A stretch of DNA of 64,000 bases, from assembly GCF_008831285.2 (NCBI RefSeq), contig NC_045138.2, positions 30,256,001-30,320,000 of the forward strand, in the 5' to 3' direction. The notes below the pieces were generated by a model. That model had not been told where the DNA came from. It did no database searches and saw only the letters and a program-made list of their open reading frames with translations. This stretch comes from Nymphaea colorata (lineage: Eukaryota). Within the stretch, counting starts at the first letter, position 1, and each line of letters begins with the position of its first letter. Both the position numbers and the translations under genes were made by a program. Positions 1 to 12,156 of this stretch are shown in pieces.

Positions 1-990
1 ATGACACGTTCCTGGCTTTTTAAACTTCATACACGTTGGCACTAGACATGCTACACGACCTCCAAGAAAGAATCTGATCTCCTACCAATAAATTTTTTCT
101 CAAGTTGCTGCTCTCCAAGCCTGACAGGCCGAACGAGAACCGAAAGCAGCAATGACTAAAAGGCAACAAGAACAGGAAACACCAGCAAAGAAAGAAAAGT
201 AAACCGCTAAATGGCATTAGCTTTAGACTTTTAATTGTCCTTTTAAGTTTTTAACTCAACCTGAAAGCAAGAAAAGAAGGTCGCAAAAAAGAAATTCCAT
301 GGAGAAAGCACACTCATTATTCCAAAGGTTCAATTATCCATTGCCTGTTAAACAGAACATAAAGCAACTAAACCTTAAGCCTTAAGTGGTCTAATTTATT
401 CATATCAAGTCATATAATGTGACACATCAACACTTTCCTGGGGAAGGGAGGGGGGGCCGTGGTGGTGTGTGTGTGTGAGTGAGACAGAGAGAGAGAGAGA
501 GAGAGAAAGAGAAACGAGCAGAAAACCTTTTACCTGTGCACGAACAACATCCAAAGTGGATAGGGAAATCATGACATATGGAAATTATTGCAAACATTTC
601 CCATTACCATATACTTACATTATATAGTCAGTTTTTGTCAAAACATCATTTTCAAATTTCAACACTGAACAATGATCCCTAAAGCAGCTTGGAAGCGGTC
701 AATCCTTGAATAAACCCAATAAGTTGCTCTGAACAAAAAAAGTCCGCCATCTGCCCATTGCCACATCTTCATAAAGGATCTACGGTAGCACCATAAACTA
801 TGCTAGAAAAGGTCGTGTAGCAGAAAGAGAAAACATAGTGCCGTGCGATTTATGCAGCATCATGTAATGATAACAATAATGAAGGGTGCCAAGTTTCTTC
901 ACAAGGAACACATTGTAATTAACAATACGATGGTAAAACTACTCTCTCTAAAATCAACCAGGTTGATCGCAAGAAGCATGACATACATCA

Positions 991-2055
991 TCAAACAGTC
1001 TCGAATTTCTTGAGCATGTCACAATGTGGTGTCTGGTACGAAAAACCCCATTGTAGACGCTGCAGCTCGGCCCGACAATTGCTTGCAAGTATAGAGAAAT
1101 ATTCTCTTTCGATACGATCCTCGAGCCTTAGGCGCTCCGTGCTCTGCTGAGGATAGTCTTGGTGGAAAGCCTCAGACTTCACATAATAAGGAACACCCTT
1201 TGGCGTGTCCACCCGAAGAATGTAAGGATGAGAACGTTGCAGGGAGTAGATGGGATCCGGCGAGGACAGAAAATTCAAGACCAGCAAGAGTAACACAGGG
1301 AGAACCTGAGCCAGAACTCTGAAATTAAACGGCCCTGAGCTGTGAGCTTCACCATGGTGATGGCTTGCCCCTCTCCCCGTCCGGAATCTGTAGACGCCGA
1401 AGGGGGTACCTCCTTGAGGCATACCAAAGAAGAAATTCCGGAAAATCTCATCTGCATCAATGTCTGCATCATAGAACCCATTATAATGGTGGGATCTCGC
1501 CGATGGGCGATCGTACGTAGGCTCCTCAGTTCCCAACAGATCGTATTTTTTTCGAGACTCTTCGTTGCTGAGGCACTGGAATGCCTTGGAGACGGCCTTG
1601 AACGCCTCTTCTGCCCCTGGAGCCTTGTTCTTGTCCGGGTGGACCTTCAGCGACAGCTTCCTGTAGGCCTTGCGGACGTCCTCAACGGAACACCCCTTCT
1701 CCAGCCCCATGATCGCATAGTAATCCTTCTGCTTTTTGATTTGCCTCACAACCGCGACCTGATCATCTGTGTACGTCCTCGACGAAGACCCATTTGCTGA
1801 ATCCCCTGACGATGGAGGGGGTGGCTGCCCCGACTGGGTGGACGATGGTGCAGCAGCCGATGAAGAAGAATCATTCGGCGACGGTGGATTCACGTCGGCG
1901 GCGGTGAAGGAAGCAAGGAGATCATCCACATCCAACGTCGGATCGAGCCGGCGCGCTTTGCTGATGAACTTCTGTGCACGAGCGCGATCGCCGGACTCCA
2001 GGGCTTCCCGCCCGATCCTCAGGCACTTCTGAGCCTCGTCCTTGTTCCCCTCCAT
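991..2055 (-). CDS. DnaJ (Hsp40) co-chaperone, DNAJB12/14-like (plant chaperone protein dnaJ 49 type), 354 aa
   Basis: Intronless ORF starting at the first ATG (MEGNKDEA, typical of this family). J-domain with HPD motif (YYAIMGL...VHPDKNKAPGAEEAFK), G/F-rich linker, one TM segment (VLAQVLPVLLLLVLNFL) and a DUF1977-like C-terminus ending in C...C. Confidence 0.93.
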   Translation of the reverse strand: MEGNKDEAQKCLRIGREALESGDRARAQKFISKARRLDPTLDVDDLLASFTAADVNPPSPNDSSSSAAAPSSTQSGQPPPPSSGDSANGSSSRTYTDDQVAVVRQIKKQKDYYAIMGLEKGCSVEDVRKAYRKLSLKVHPDKNKAPGAEEAFKAVSKAFQCLSNEESRKKYDLLGTEEPTYDRPSARSHHYNGFYDADIDADEIFRNFFFGMPQGGTPFGVYRFRTGRGASHHHGEAHSSGPFNFRVLAQVLPVLLLLVLNFLSSPDPIYSLQRSHPYILRVDTPKGVPYYVKSEAFHQDYPQQSTERLRLEDRIEREYFSILASNCRAELQRLQWGFSYQTPHCDMLKKFETV

Positions 2056-2088
2056 GATCAGTTTCCGGGACACGACTCCCGCTCGATT

Positions 2089-2452
2089 CTGAAACGAAGA
2101 TCCCCATCAATTAAACAAAAACCACCAACAAAAAAGACTCCCAACGAATTCAAGAGGAACAAAAAAGGAAATAAGGCTACAAACTCTAGCACTCAGGAGT
2201 CCGCAACCCAAACAATACTCGATAAATCGGCAAAAGAAGTATGAGCGACGACGGGCCTGAAATCCCCCTGCCCAACTAAAATTGCAATAAAAAGTCCAGA
2301 AACCCAAAGAAACAACACATCCCCAGAACTGATAAACAGGATAAGCAACTTCTAGATAGACAGATATCCAGAGATAGAGAGAGAAACGGCCTCCCGCTCT
2401 CTCTCTCTGATTGAGGGTAGGGCGTCGGATGAAGACGAAGCTGGTTTCTTAC
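2089..2452 (-). other. Probable 5' UTR intron of the DnaJ gene
   Basis: Minus-strand donor GAG|GTAAGA at 2452 and acceptor TTCGTTTCAG| at 2089, 34 nt upstream of the ATG, with U-rich sequence between. Confidence 0.65.
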
Positions 2453-4479
2453 CTCCTCTTCGGGTCACCGACAGGAGAAAAGGGGGAAGGGAGGAGACGG
2501 GAGGGCGGACCAACCAAGCGTCTGCCTTTTGATGGGTGCTTCTCAGAACGTGAGGTCAGGACTCGGAAAAGTCAAGGCGCCTACCCTCCCCCGCTTCTTT
2601 CTATGGACAAAACTATAAGTCCCACCCAATATTTTGCAGTGATGCCCGCTCTTTTACTCCTCAAGTCTGAACATCTAATTTCCGAATCCAAAATATATAG
2701 ACGTGTTAGGTCATAGGTGTGCTGTTTATCATATTAGTAGTTTTGCTCATATTCATTGCAATGTTCATATTGTTTGGTTATCAAAAGTCGGTTATAAGAT
2801 TTCATAAAAAAAGAAGAACCAGTTTGATTCAACTTTAACACGTCAAGTAGTGAACTTGGACCATTTCTATTCACATTACCAGTTGAACATTTGACATCCC
2901 GAATAACTTGGCAGTAGTATCTTACCTATTAGATTTATATAGTAAATAACCTATGCATGTGCATGTGCCTTACTTGCACCATACTGATTCGACGTGCTCG
3001 GATTAGTTCTGAGACAGATGATTATATCATGTGTGTACAAATTTCAATATCATTTTGTTTGTTTCGCCCGTTTACCAATTTTACTTTCAAATCCAATGTT
3101 GGGTGCTAAAGCACATATTTTTCCCCTTCATTGGATCCATATTTAGACACAAAAATACATGTTAGAAGTCAAGGTATGAACCACTCCGAGGCTCAAACTG
3201 CACTTTGCTTGGACAAACCTCATACTAGATTATCCTAAAAGGATGCATCCCTATTATTAAGCTATGGGTGACCTCGTGACTAAGTGGATAAAGCTCATTA
3301 AGGGTTCAATAGAGAAAGAAATAGATAGAGTTATCAAAATTGTTAAGACTCGTTGGTACCAAGACTTGCTTTTTCATCCAACTCAAACACCCTGATGCAA
3401 TGGCGTAGCCACATAGTGATTGGTATAGGCAACTCTTGAAAGTTCTTTATTTTTAAATGCGAAAAGTGGTGAAGAGTCTGTCGTCAGTTACTTTCCATAG
3501 ACACTATTTCTCTGAACAACAATGGACACTTAGTTGACAGGTATCCTACCGTTATTCAGGTCCAAAAACAACCTTAGATCCCAAGACATGGGCATCTTAC
3601 GTTCAGTCTCACTACCGCACTCGAATGTAATGGAACTTGAAATTGGATTCAAATTTTACATAATATAGATCATTAAAGCCAGTGACTTGTAATAGAACAG
3701 CCCAGTTACACCAATCTGGGTGACTATCCATAGAAGTAGTTTGATTGCTGAGCAGGACAAGAGTTCTAAGAACGGAGTGTTTTGTCCCAGGTGTTTCATG
3801 GTGAGGGAGATAACTCCCGGAACACACAACAGAGTGTATATACAGTGTTTGTATATAACAAATTTATGTGTTCTCGAGATCCACCGTTTGATGGATTCCG
3901 CATCTTCCTACAATCAATGAGGACAGGTGGTCTGCCCTGTCCTCCCCCAGTGACCTCAAGTCCTAGCAGCTTGGCAGTAGTTCACTGACAGAAGGAGTCC
4001 TTAACTTAAATTGAGTTTAGGGCCTGAACCCAGACCACGATTAAATATGATTTGATGAATCAATTAGCCACAGGGAAGTTGTTAACTGCTAAACAGCAGA
4101 TTAAAATATGGCCAAACCTGCAATCCCTGCGGCCGATTTCAAGGTGATGGTCGCTACTAGCTACAGTAATGTCAGTAAAGTAGTGACATTGTAATTTCAA
4201 GAAAATACTCTTCCTGCTCACCCGAAAGTGAAGTGGTGAAACTAGAATCCCTGCAATTTCCAATGCAGGTGGACAATCAAATGCTTTTCTACCACGCTAA
4301 TTGCTGGAAAAATTTTGAGGAAAAACCATTCTAGGTTGCCTTGTTGCATGCTTGGGAAACACAAAGTTTTTCATTTGATATTCGCATATGCTTAGAAATG
4401 CCTCTATCTATATTCTAATGGGAAAATTTTGTGTGGAAATTCCCACGAGAATCAGAAGCAAAATTCTATATGTTCTCCC

Positions 4480-4587
4480 TTTCTTAGCCACACCCGGCTA
4501 TGGCTTGAAAGAAGGGTCACCATGAGAATAAACCATGCGGACCCATCCGGCAGTCACGGCTCATACCACTAGACTAACGCCGTCGGG
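4480..4587 (-). mobile_element. tRNA-derived SINE-like relic
   Basis: Pol III A-box-like TAGTCTAGTGG (4576-4566) and B-box-like GGTTTATTCTC (4534-4524), about 31 nt apart. No full cloverleaf. Resembles the element at ~61.0 kb. Confidence 0.45.
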
Positions 4588-6705
4588 AATTTATTTTTCA
4601 GTGGCCTTGCCCTGCACCTAAATATGCGCCACTTCTGAAATTTTTACCTACTGGTCGCCAGCCAACGTGCTACCAGACAAAGGGGACCTTCTCCTTCAGG
4701 TTGAAGAGAGAGTTTTCTTGCTTGAAATTCTTTTCCCTTTCCTTCTTGGCGCACCAACACGCGTTGTAGGTGATACTGCATGACGAGTGGCAAACAGGCT
4801 ACCCGTTTTGGTACCCTTATTTTTGGAAATGCGTGAGCTGTCCAGTCATTGATCTTAAGAAGGAGCTTCGAGGATTAGAGCTAACCTCATCGAATGGCAG
4901 CAAAAATACCATAAATAAAGAATGGAACACGAAGGCGCGAAAGACCACCAAAATGGAAAACACTATCCAGGCAACCACATCTACGCAGAAAAACTGGTTC
5001 ATCATTCATTAACACTATTAGCCAGTAGAGAAGAAACCAACTTTTGATTGACAACACCAATATGGACGCTGAGGATGTAATCTCTCATCAATCAATTTGT
5101 TGCATTTCACACAGATATCAAGCCACTTGTCCAAAAGAAAAGGGTTTAGTAGCACCGAATGTCAAAAAGGCTTCCTACAGATCCACCCTTGACATTAAAC
5201 GCAGCAAGCCCCTTACTGCTGAAGTGGGTTTTGACACGAATCCAACGGAAGTCCGGTCCACTTCTGGCTGGAAGAAAGCACCTTCCGTTGTCTTTTTGGA
5301 AGAGAAGACAGAAGCATGAACCCCATGTGAGCAGTAGACTCAGCTCACTTCAATTTTCATTTTAAAATCTTCCGTATCTTTCTTGTCAGCTGGCTATATG
5401 CAGCAATCAAACCTGCAAGAGGAAGCTTAGATATTTGTCCAATTAACAAGCCAATCTGTCCAACCTATTAAAGACATATGCCCTTTAGGACACTGCTTGC
5501 TACAATGCTGGACATGGGTCGACACAGACTGACATCTTTGACGTTCCAGCAGTGATGTCCAACTGAAATGAAGGCAATCACGACACACAAACTTCTTGAA
5601 GGCTAAAAAGGTTTCTTGCGAATCCAGCCAGCATTCTGGAAAAAAGGGTCATAAAACATTCTAGACTCGATTGAACAATAAAAGTGTCTTCGAGATCACA
5701 TTTACAGGAAACAATTCACTAATTCAGCATGACTGATAACAGATACGCATCGGCACATAGTGCGGCAACTTCATAAAATAAGAACCAACGGAGGTTATAT
5801 GATAGTCAGTTAGTGATACAGACTGGACCATTTTCCAACACCAAACGCTGTACTGTATGCAATGTACATGCAGAACATAAAATAACACCAAACTCAAAGC
5901 ACATCATAATTCTCAACATCATGCACTACAAGAAAATAAACCTTTGCATCCAGGACCATCCAGAAGGCACACAACATAAAGGAGGAAGTACCCAATCTGA
6001 TCGACAGTCTTCATAGGAACCAGAAGTACCCCAAACCCATATATTTGGTGTAAAGCCCTCTTGATAAGAACAAGATGCTCCAACTTGTGATCTTAGGCAT
6101 TCCAACAGAACTTAAAACCTAACAGCGGAATATTCTAATTGCCTCCGTCCAACCACCGTTATGCTATAACACACACACCCCAAAAAAAAAAAAGCCCTGC
6201 TCTTCTACATAGAACACTGAACTGGTTTGTTTCTTTGCCAATATAAACAATGACACCACGACTTATTAGGATGGCTACAACTTAGATGTTTCATACTTCA
6301 AAATAATAAGTAATCTTCAAGGCGTCAAGGTCCCAACAATGGAAGAAAATAGACGCCTCATGTGTCATTCATCTTCCTTGTTGCATGAAATTACAGTGCT
6401 CAGCATGAAGATATATCACAAATAATGCCCATGCAAACCTGCGTCATATTTTTCTAACTTTAGCACTTGATATTCAGAACCAGAAACAGCAAAATGAAAA
6501 ATGAAATGCCAATAGACAACACATATTGGTGACCCTAAAGCAAAGAAAAATCAGGCATATTCCTTCAAAAAAGGTCATAGACTGGATCAAGAAAACGTAG
6601 TGATGGTAAAATATGAGAACCACATCCAGTCAAATATTTTATCTGCCACAAAATAATTAGGAAATAACAGGAAACGCATGTTGATAATTCTGCAACAAAA
6701 AACAG

Positions 6706-7091
6706 AGCTACAACTCTTGTCTTGGTTGCACCAGGAACATTTTAGTGACCAAAGTACCATGAGAAGAACGTGCATCGCATAGGGTATAAAACAACCAAAT
6801 ATAACAGATCCAAGATATTGTTTCGAGACAGTTAGCTATCTCATACCACCATGAGAGAAGATCAGAAACATCAGATAACCTCATAATTCATAGACAATAG
6901 CTACAACTCTTGTCTTGGTTGCACCAGGAACATTTTAGTGACAAACGTACCATGAGAAGAACGTGCATAGTATAGGGGATAAAACAACCAAATATAACAG
7001 ATCCAAGATATTGTTTTGAGACAGCTAGCTATCTCATATCGCCATGACAGAAGACCAGACAGCTCAGATAACCTGATAATTCATAGACAAT
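6706..7091. repeat. Tandem duplication, 2 x 193 bp, slightly diverged
   Basis: AGCTACAACTCTTGTCTTGGTTGCACCAGG...CATAGACAAT starts at both 6706 and 6899. Confidence 0.95.
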
Positions 7092-8740
7092 AGAACACCG
7101 TGTCCTTAACTTTACCTTACTTTTTTTTATCTTGCTTGCATCGTACATACTTTATTTGCATTTTCTTTTGGCTTCCGCTACTTATTACATTCAATATCAA
7201 CCTCTTACCTACATCTATGGATTAACTCACTGGATCAGGAAACGCAGCAACAAGAAACAAAGAATGTCGCCACTTGGTAGGATACAGAATTAGGGAATAT
7301 AATGGGAAAATAACAAGAACACAAATATAATAATGAAATTGCTTAGTCGAAGCAACTATATCTATGACAAAGAATAACAAAATCACAAATATAATGATGG
7401 AATTACTTAGCCACAGCAATTACATTAATACACTTTTGTAAGGCTCAACAGGCTTCTGGAAGAATTTTAACATGAACAAAATCAAATTTAGAATTTGATC
7501 AAGCAGATTTGTCCACAAACCTATACATAGTTTAAACTTTAAAACATTAATCTTCATTAGTTTAAAACATTAATCTTCATATCTCAGACACAGATCATAA
7601 TGAATTGATAAAACTCGGATCAAATTAATATGATAAGTAAGAAAATTACAAATACCATAACCACCAACTATGAAATGAAATTTAAACTAATAAAAAATAA
7701 AATGCAACTGCATTCAGTTATGAATCTGTAACAAGATCTATGCATATTATTTGCATTGTATGAGCACAGGCGCTTTCTTGTCATCGTAAAACCTTATCAC
7801 CACCTTCTCTGTGCCTTTATCTGCAAAAGCACCTTACAGATAGTATTTTCTGTGAAATCCAATGACATGCAACCATTAATACATTATTTTCCACTTAATA
7901 AGAAAAAAAATGAAACACTGAAGAAAGGGAAAGTCAATTTCCATGAGAGGGAATTACGGAAGCCTTACAGTTGTAATGGCTACACAATGATCACACACAC
8001 AATTGCTATAAAAGCTTCAGAATACATGTTTATTTTACTCGATACCGGTAATAAGCTCATCAACCAACAAGTATGAAAAAGAACAGCTCAGATTATTTAG
8101 CCAATGTAAAGGATATAAAAATATGTGGCAAATAGATTCATTTATACCGAATAAAATTTAGTCTTAGCACTTATCAAAGAACAGCCTCAAACAGGTGTCT
8201 ACAAAGATTCTGATATACCAGTTAAACAAAAGGAAGAAATGCCTTGCCACGGGAATCGCAATGGCCAGCTTGACAGAAACTGAAGACGATGGATCTGATA
8301 CATCAATTCTGAGCACCATCATAACGAATCGGCATGCCGACCTCTTCCTACCAATGCACAACCACCCTTCCCGTCTTTCATATCCCAGATCTGGAAAGCT
8401 GCCTAATGGTTTCTCACTTGATAATCTAAAAACTAACCGCCATCCAGTAAAAATCATGATCAAGAACTCCGATGTCATTTTCAGCACCCACCATCCGTGC
8501 CAACAACCAGTAATAGATACTGAGCATGTATCAACCCTACTTCATAATCGATAAATCTGTTTAGAAACTAGACCACCAAATTATGCTCTGCTTGTCCATT
8601 AAAATTATAAAATACCCAAAACAACATGAACAACCAAAATAAAAAAGGGATCGTAACCACGAAAAAGGAGCCAAAAAAAAAGGAAAAAGAAAGTGATCCT
8701 TCAATTCAATGCGATCCATGAGATACTGCGACGCGCGATC

Positions 8741-9808
8741 TCAAGCCTGCGAATCGGTGTTCTTTCTGCCACTACCGCCATCGCTGGCCTCTCTCTCGGA
8801 TCTTTGCTCCATCAGCAAGCCCGACTCCTCATCGGCCTGCGCGCTCTTCTTCTGCGCCTCCTTCATTTTGAGAGCCTGCAGCTTGGAGTGGTTATAGTAG
8901 GCCACGCCGAGAAAAGCGAGTCCGTAGCCGACGAGGTTGACGGTTGTGACGGCGTCGCGGATGACGGACCAGGAGAAGGCAATGAGGAGCCAGTCCTTGA
9001 CGACGCCGGCGACGTTCATGGTGAGAGCAGACGTCTTTCCGATGAGAAGGAAAACGGCGAGGTTGAGGGCGAAGGCGCAGATGGAGTTGGTGCCGAAAAT
9101 GAAGTAGTCGAAGTGGAAGCTGGATGTCTGGCGGAGGACTGGGAGTTCGACGAAGATCCAAGGGACGAGGAGGAAAAGGAAGCAGCAGGGGGCGACGTAG
9201 TAGAGGGAGGTGATAGGATTGAGGGTGATGCCCTTGGAGGTGAGGAGGATCTGGATGAGGACGAGGCGGGTGGCCTCGAAGGCGACGGCGCCCAACTGGA
9301 GGACGACGCCCCAGACATCGAAGCGGGCCTCACCGTAGGCAGCGATGGCGACGCCGGTGGAAATGGCGAGCATGTTAAGCATGACTTCAGACTTGAAATT
9401 CTCCTTCTTGAAGGCAACGCCAAGGGAGTAGACGGCGACCGGCATGAGGGCCTTGAGCATCTGGATGAAGGAGACGGAGAGGTAGATGTAGGCGGAGTTG
9501 GAGAACCAGAGGGAGAGGGAGTAAAGGGCTCCGATGGGGAGCACGGAGGAAACGTATAGCTCCCGGGTCATGCCGATGGGCTCGACGAGGCGGAGGACGC
9601 GGACGAGGATGACGGCGAGGGTGGAGCAGAAGGCCATGTGGATGAGCGTCAGGCTGATGGGGAAGGGCCACCCATAGAGCTTCCTGTCGAGGATGTACTT
9701 GTTGTAGACGATGACGGTGAAGCTCAGGAAGATCCAGATCCCCACGTACGCATAGCTCAGCAGGATCTTCCTCAGAACGCTCTCGTTCATCGATCCCCCC
9801 TTCCCCAT
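8741..9808 (-). CDS. Probable sugar phosphate/phosphate translocator (TPT / nucleotide-sugar transporter family, At5g25400-like), 355 aa
   Basis: Intronless ORF with high GC3 and about 10 hydrophobic helices. Family motifs: [56 protein letters not shown]. Confidence 0.93.
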   Translation of the reverse strand: MGKGGSMNESVLRKILLSYAYVGIWIFLSFTVIVYNKYILDRKLYGWPFPISLTLIHMAFCSTLAVILVRVLRLVEPIGMTRELYVSSVLPIGALYSLSLWFSNSAYIYLSVSFIQMLKALMPVAVYSLGVAFKKENFKSEVMLNMLAISTGVAIAAYGEARFDVWGVVLQLGAVAFEATRLVLIQILLTSKGITLNPITSLYYVAPCCFLFLLVPWIFVELPVLRQTSSFHFDYFIFGTNSICAFALNLAVFLLIGKTSALTMNVAGVVKDWLLIAFSWSVIRDAVTTVNLVGYGLAFLGVAYYNHSKLQALKMKEAQKKSAQADEESGLLMEQRSEREASDGGSGRKNTDSQA

Positions 9809-11717
9809 CTCTCTCTCTCTGTCGGTGCCTCCTCCCTCTCCGAACCCTAACCCCTTTCCTTTTTCCCCTCCTTCAACTGTCTCCTCCTCTCTATATCAAT
9901 GATTTCCCTTTCCGGCTTCCTCTTCTTCTCCCTCCTCCTCTGCAAATCTAGCGATCAATGTGGTGGAATTCAGGAAACCAGCGGACGGAGATTTATCTGA
10001 AGAGAGGGTCGTGGAGACGGATATCTCGATCGATCGATCGACCGATGGACCTGCCAGAGGCCGAGGAAGAAGAAGAAGAAGGGAAACGGGGCGAGAAGAA
10101 CGAGGGAGGGAGAGGGGGAGGGGAGCAAACGGGCGCGCAAAGGCAGGAGGCGAAGAGTAACGCAAGTCAGGGATGGTGGGGCCCTGCAACACGGGGAAGA
10201 AGGAGGAGAGAGCGAGGCGGAGATTTTTTCAAGTGAATTACAATCAATGCTTGGAGTCCGCTGCCCTGCTCTTTCTATATGCCTCTCAAGTCTCTATCCT
10301 CGTGTACCACACCACCCTCTCTTTTATTTTTTGCTTTATTTTTTTCAAAAAAGAACCGGAACCTTTTTTTTTATATACGGGGCTACCTTTAGTGGTAATC
10401 CCAAATAGGGTCCTCTATTTTCCCAAACATTTGCATCTGCTGCATGCTTTTGTTTACACAATAAATGAACTTTGAAAAACGCTAGCGCCGGGCCACAGCT
10501 CCAAGCCTAAGTTTGAGCTTGGCTCACCACTTGAAACCCGATCTCGAGTTTAACTCACTTAAAATTTTTTTTTAAAAAAAGATTTTTTTAATATATGATA
10601 CATATTTTTAATAATAATATATGTTATTACTATTAAAATAAAAATAATATTAAAAACATGTCGAATTGACCTGATACATTATCGGGTCGGCTCGATGCTC
10701 GCTTTACTCACTAGACATGTCATCTTTTAACAAAAATAAATGAAAATAAACGTTAGGTTATATTTGTCTCACTATGAAAGATTTGAGATTTTATTAAGGT
10801 CAGAACCATTTGACTGACTAACATGAATTTAAGATCTTTGTTAATGAAATCTTTTAAAACACATCTATTATTTTTAATGTAACTTTGGATATGTAAAACC
10901 CAACTTAAACAAATAAATATGAAGTAGATGTTTTTCCTCATATATGTTTAGCTGCTAACTTGTAATATATAATAATTCCTTGTTGGGTCTACGGCTCTAA
11001 GTCAAGTCCAAACTTTGTCGTGATATTTTAGCCAGACTTGGTCGCAGAGCATCCCGTTATACACGACATTCAATTAAAAACTCTAAATCAAGTTCTAACT
11101 CCGAAGTTACAATGCCATAATACTTACAAACTTGGAATTGCGGGCAAACTCGATCCAGTTGGATTTGATCCTAGCAGAGTCAAAAATATTGACTACATAA
11201 GTTCACACCGGCACATTGGTTTACCAAAGCCTGCCATCTCTTAAACAACTGAAACCTGAAACGTTCTTAAAGAAACAAAAAAAAACTGACCAGATTTAAT
11301 ACATTGACCACTAGAGATCATCTCTTTAGCTTGCTTGGGTGAATTGAAATCCATGGATCTTAATCTCATATTTTCCTCGGAAATTCAAGATTACGATCTT
11401 GTGTTTGAGTGGAACGGATGTTCCTGCGTTTTAAGGCGGTAGGGCGCGACACCCAAGCTGAAGGGTGCACCGTTGCTATCGCTGACACCGACGCAGCTCA
11501 GAACCCCGGAGGCAGGGAGAATGGGGGGCCTTCGGGCCTTTTTCGGGCGGTGAGATTAATATCTATCGCTCACCCGAAAAGCATTCATCTTCTTAGAAAA
11601 ACTCTACACATACATTTGACTTAATTAAATGGATAAAAAATTAAGACTTGAATCTAACTCAGCCAACAAAAGAAGCATTCGACATAATATTGAAGCTAAA
11701 AATAACGGAAGTTTTAG

Positions 11718-12156
11718 TGGGGCTGTTCAAAAGTGAGTTCGAGCTGAGTAGAGCCAGCTTGAACTTTGCTTGGGTGTCTTGAAAGAAACTCATACTCAGT
11801 TTCAGCTAGAGTCGAGTTTGGTGTCATTAGCTTGAAACTTGGCTCGAGTTCTTAAAACTCAATTCGGCTCCACTAAGCTTGAGCGGAGCCAGACATTTCA
11901 TTTAAAATTTATTTTTTTTAAAGAAAAAAAGGACGTATAGATTTTAACATGGAACCTCCCACTGCATACCCATTTGACCAATCTATTTTTTTTATAATTT
12001 TATGAAATGTATTTTACATATTTTTGTTCTCGAGCTCAACCGAGTCGAGTCCACTTAACTCGAGGTGGACTCATTTAGGTTGTCGAGTTAATTTCTTAAC
12101 TCAAACTCGACTGGTTTAATCAACGAGTCAAATTTATCAAACGAGGAACAGCCCTA
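11718..12156. mobile_element. hAT-type MITE (439 bp) with intact 8-bp TSD
   Basis: TIRs TGGGGCTGTTC / GAACAGCCCTA (1 mismatch in 11). Perfect direct repeat AGTTTTAG at 11710-11717 and 12157-12164. GAGCTCGAG-like subterminal repeats. Confidence 0.85.

Noticed and set aside
1342..2032. Plus-strand ORFs of 152 aa and 87 aa over the DnaJ gene
   Set aside because: Antisense to a well-supported CDS, with no motifs.
2056..2073. MSRKLI N-terminal extension of DnaJ in the ORF track
   Set aside because: It starts at GTG. The family-typical start is the ATG at 2055 (MEGNKDEA).
5044..5319. 91-aa plus-strand ORF and other 60-120-aa intergenic ORFs (for example 8164-8554 and 61370-61597)
   Set aside because: No recognisable domains or consistent exon structure. 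Lengths are in the range expected by chance.
8693..9559. 288-aa plus-strand ORF, plus other shifted-frame ORFs, overlapping the transporter
   Set aside because: Antisense shadow of a high-GC3 gene. Non-ATG start, acidic low-complexity product, no domain.
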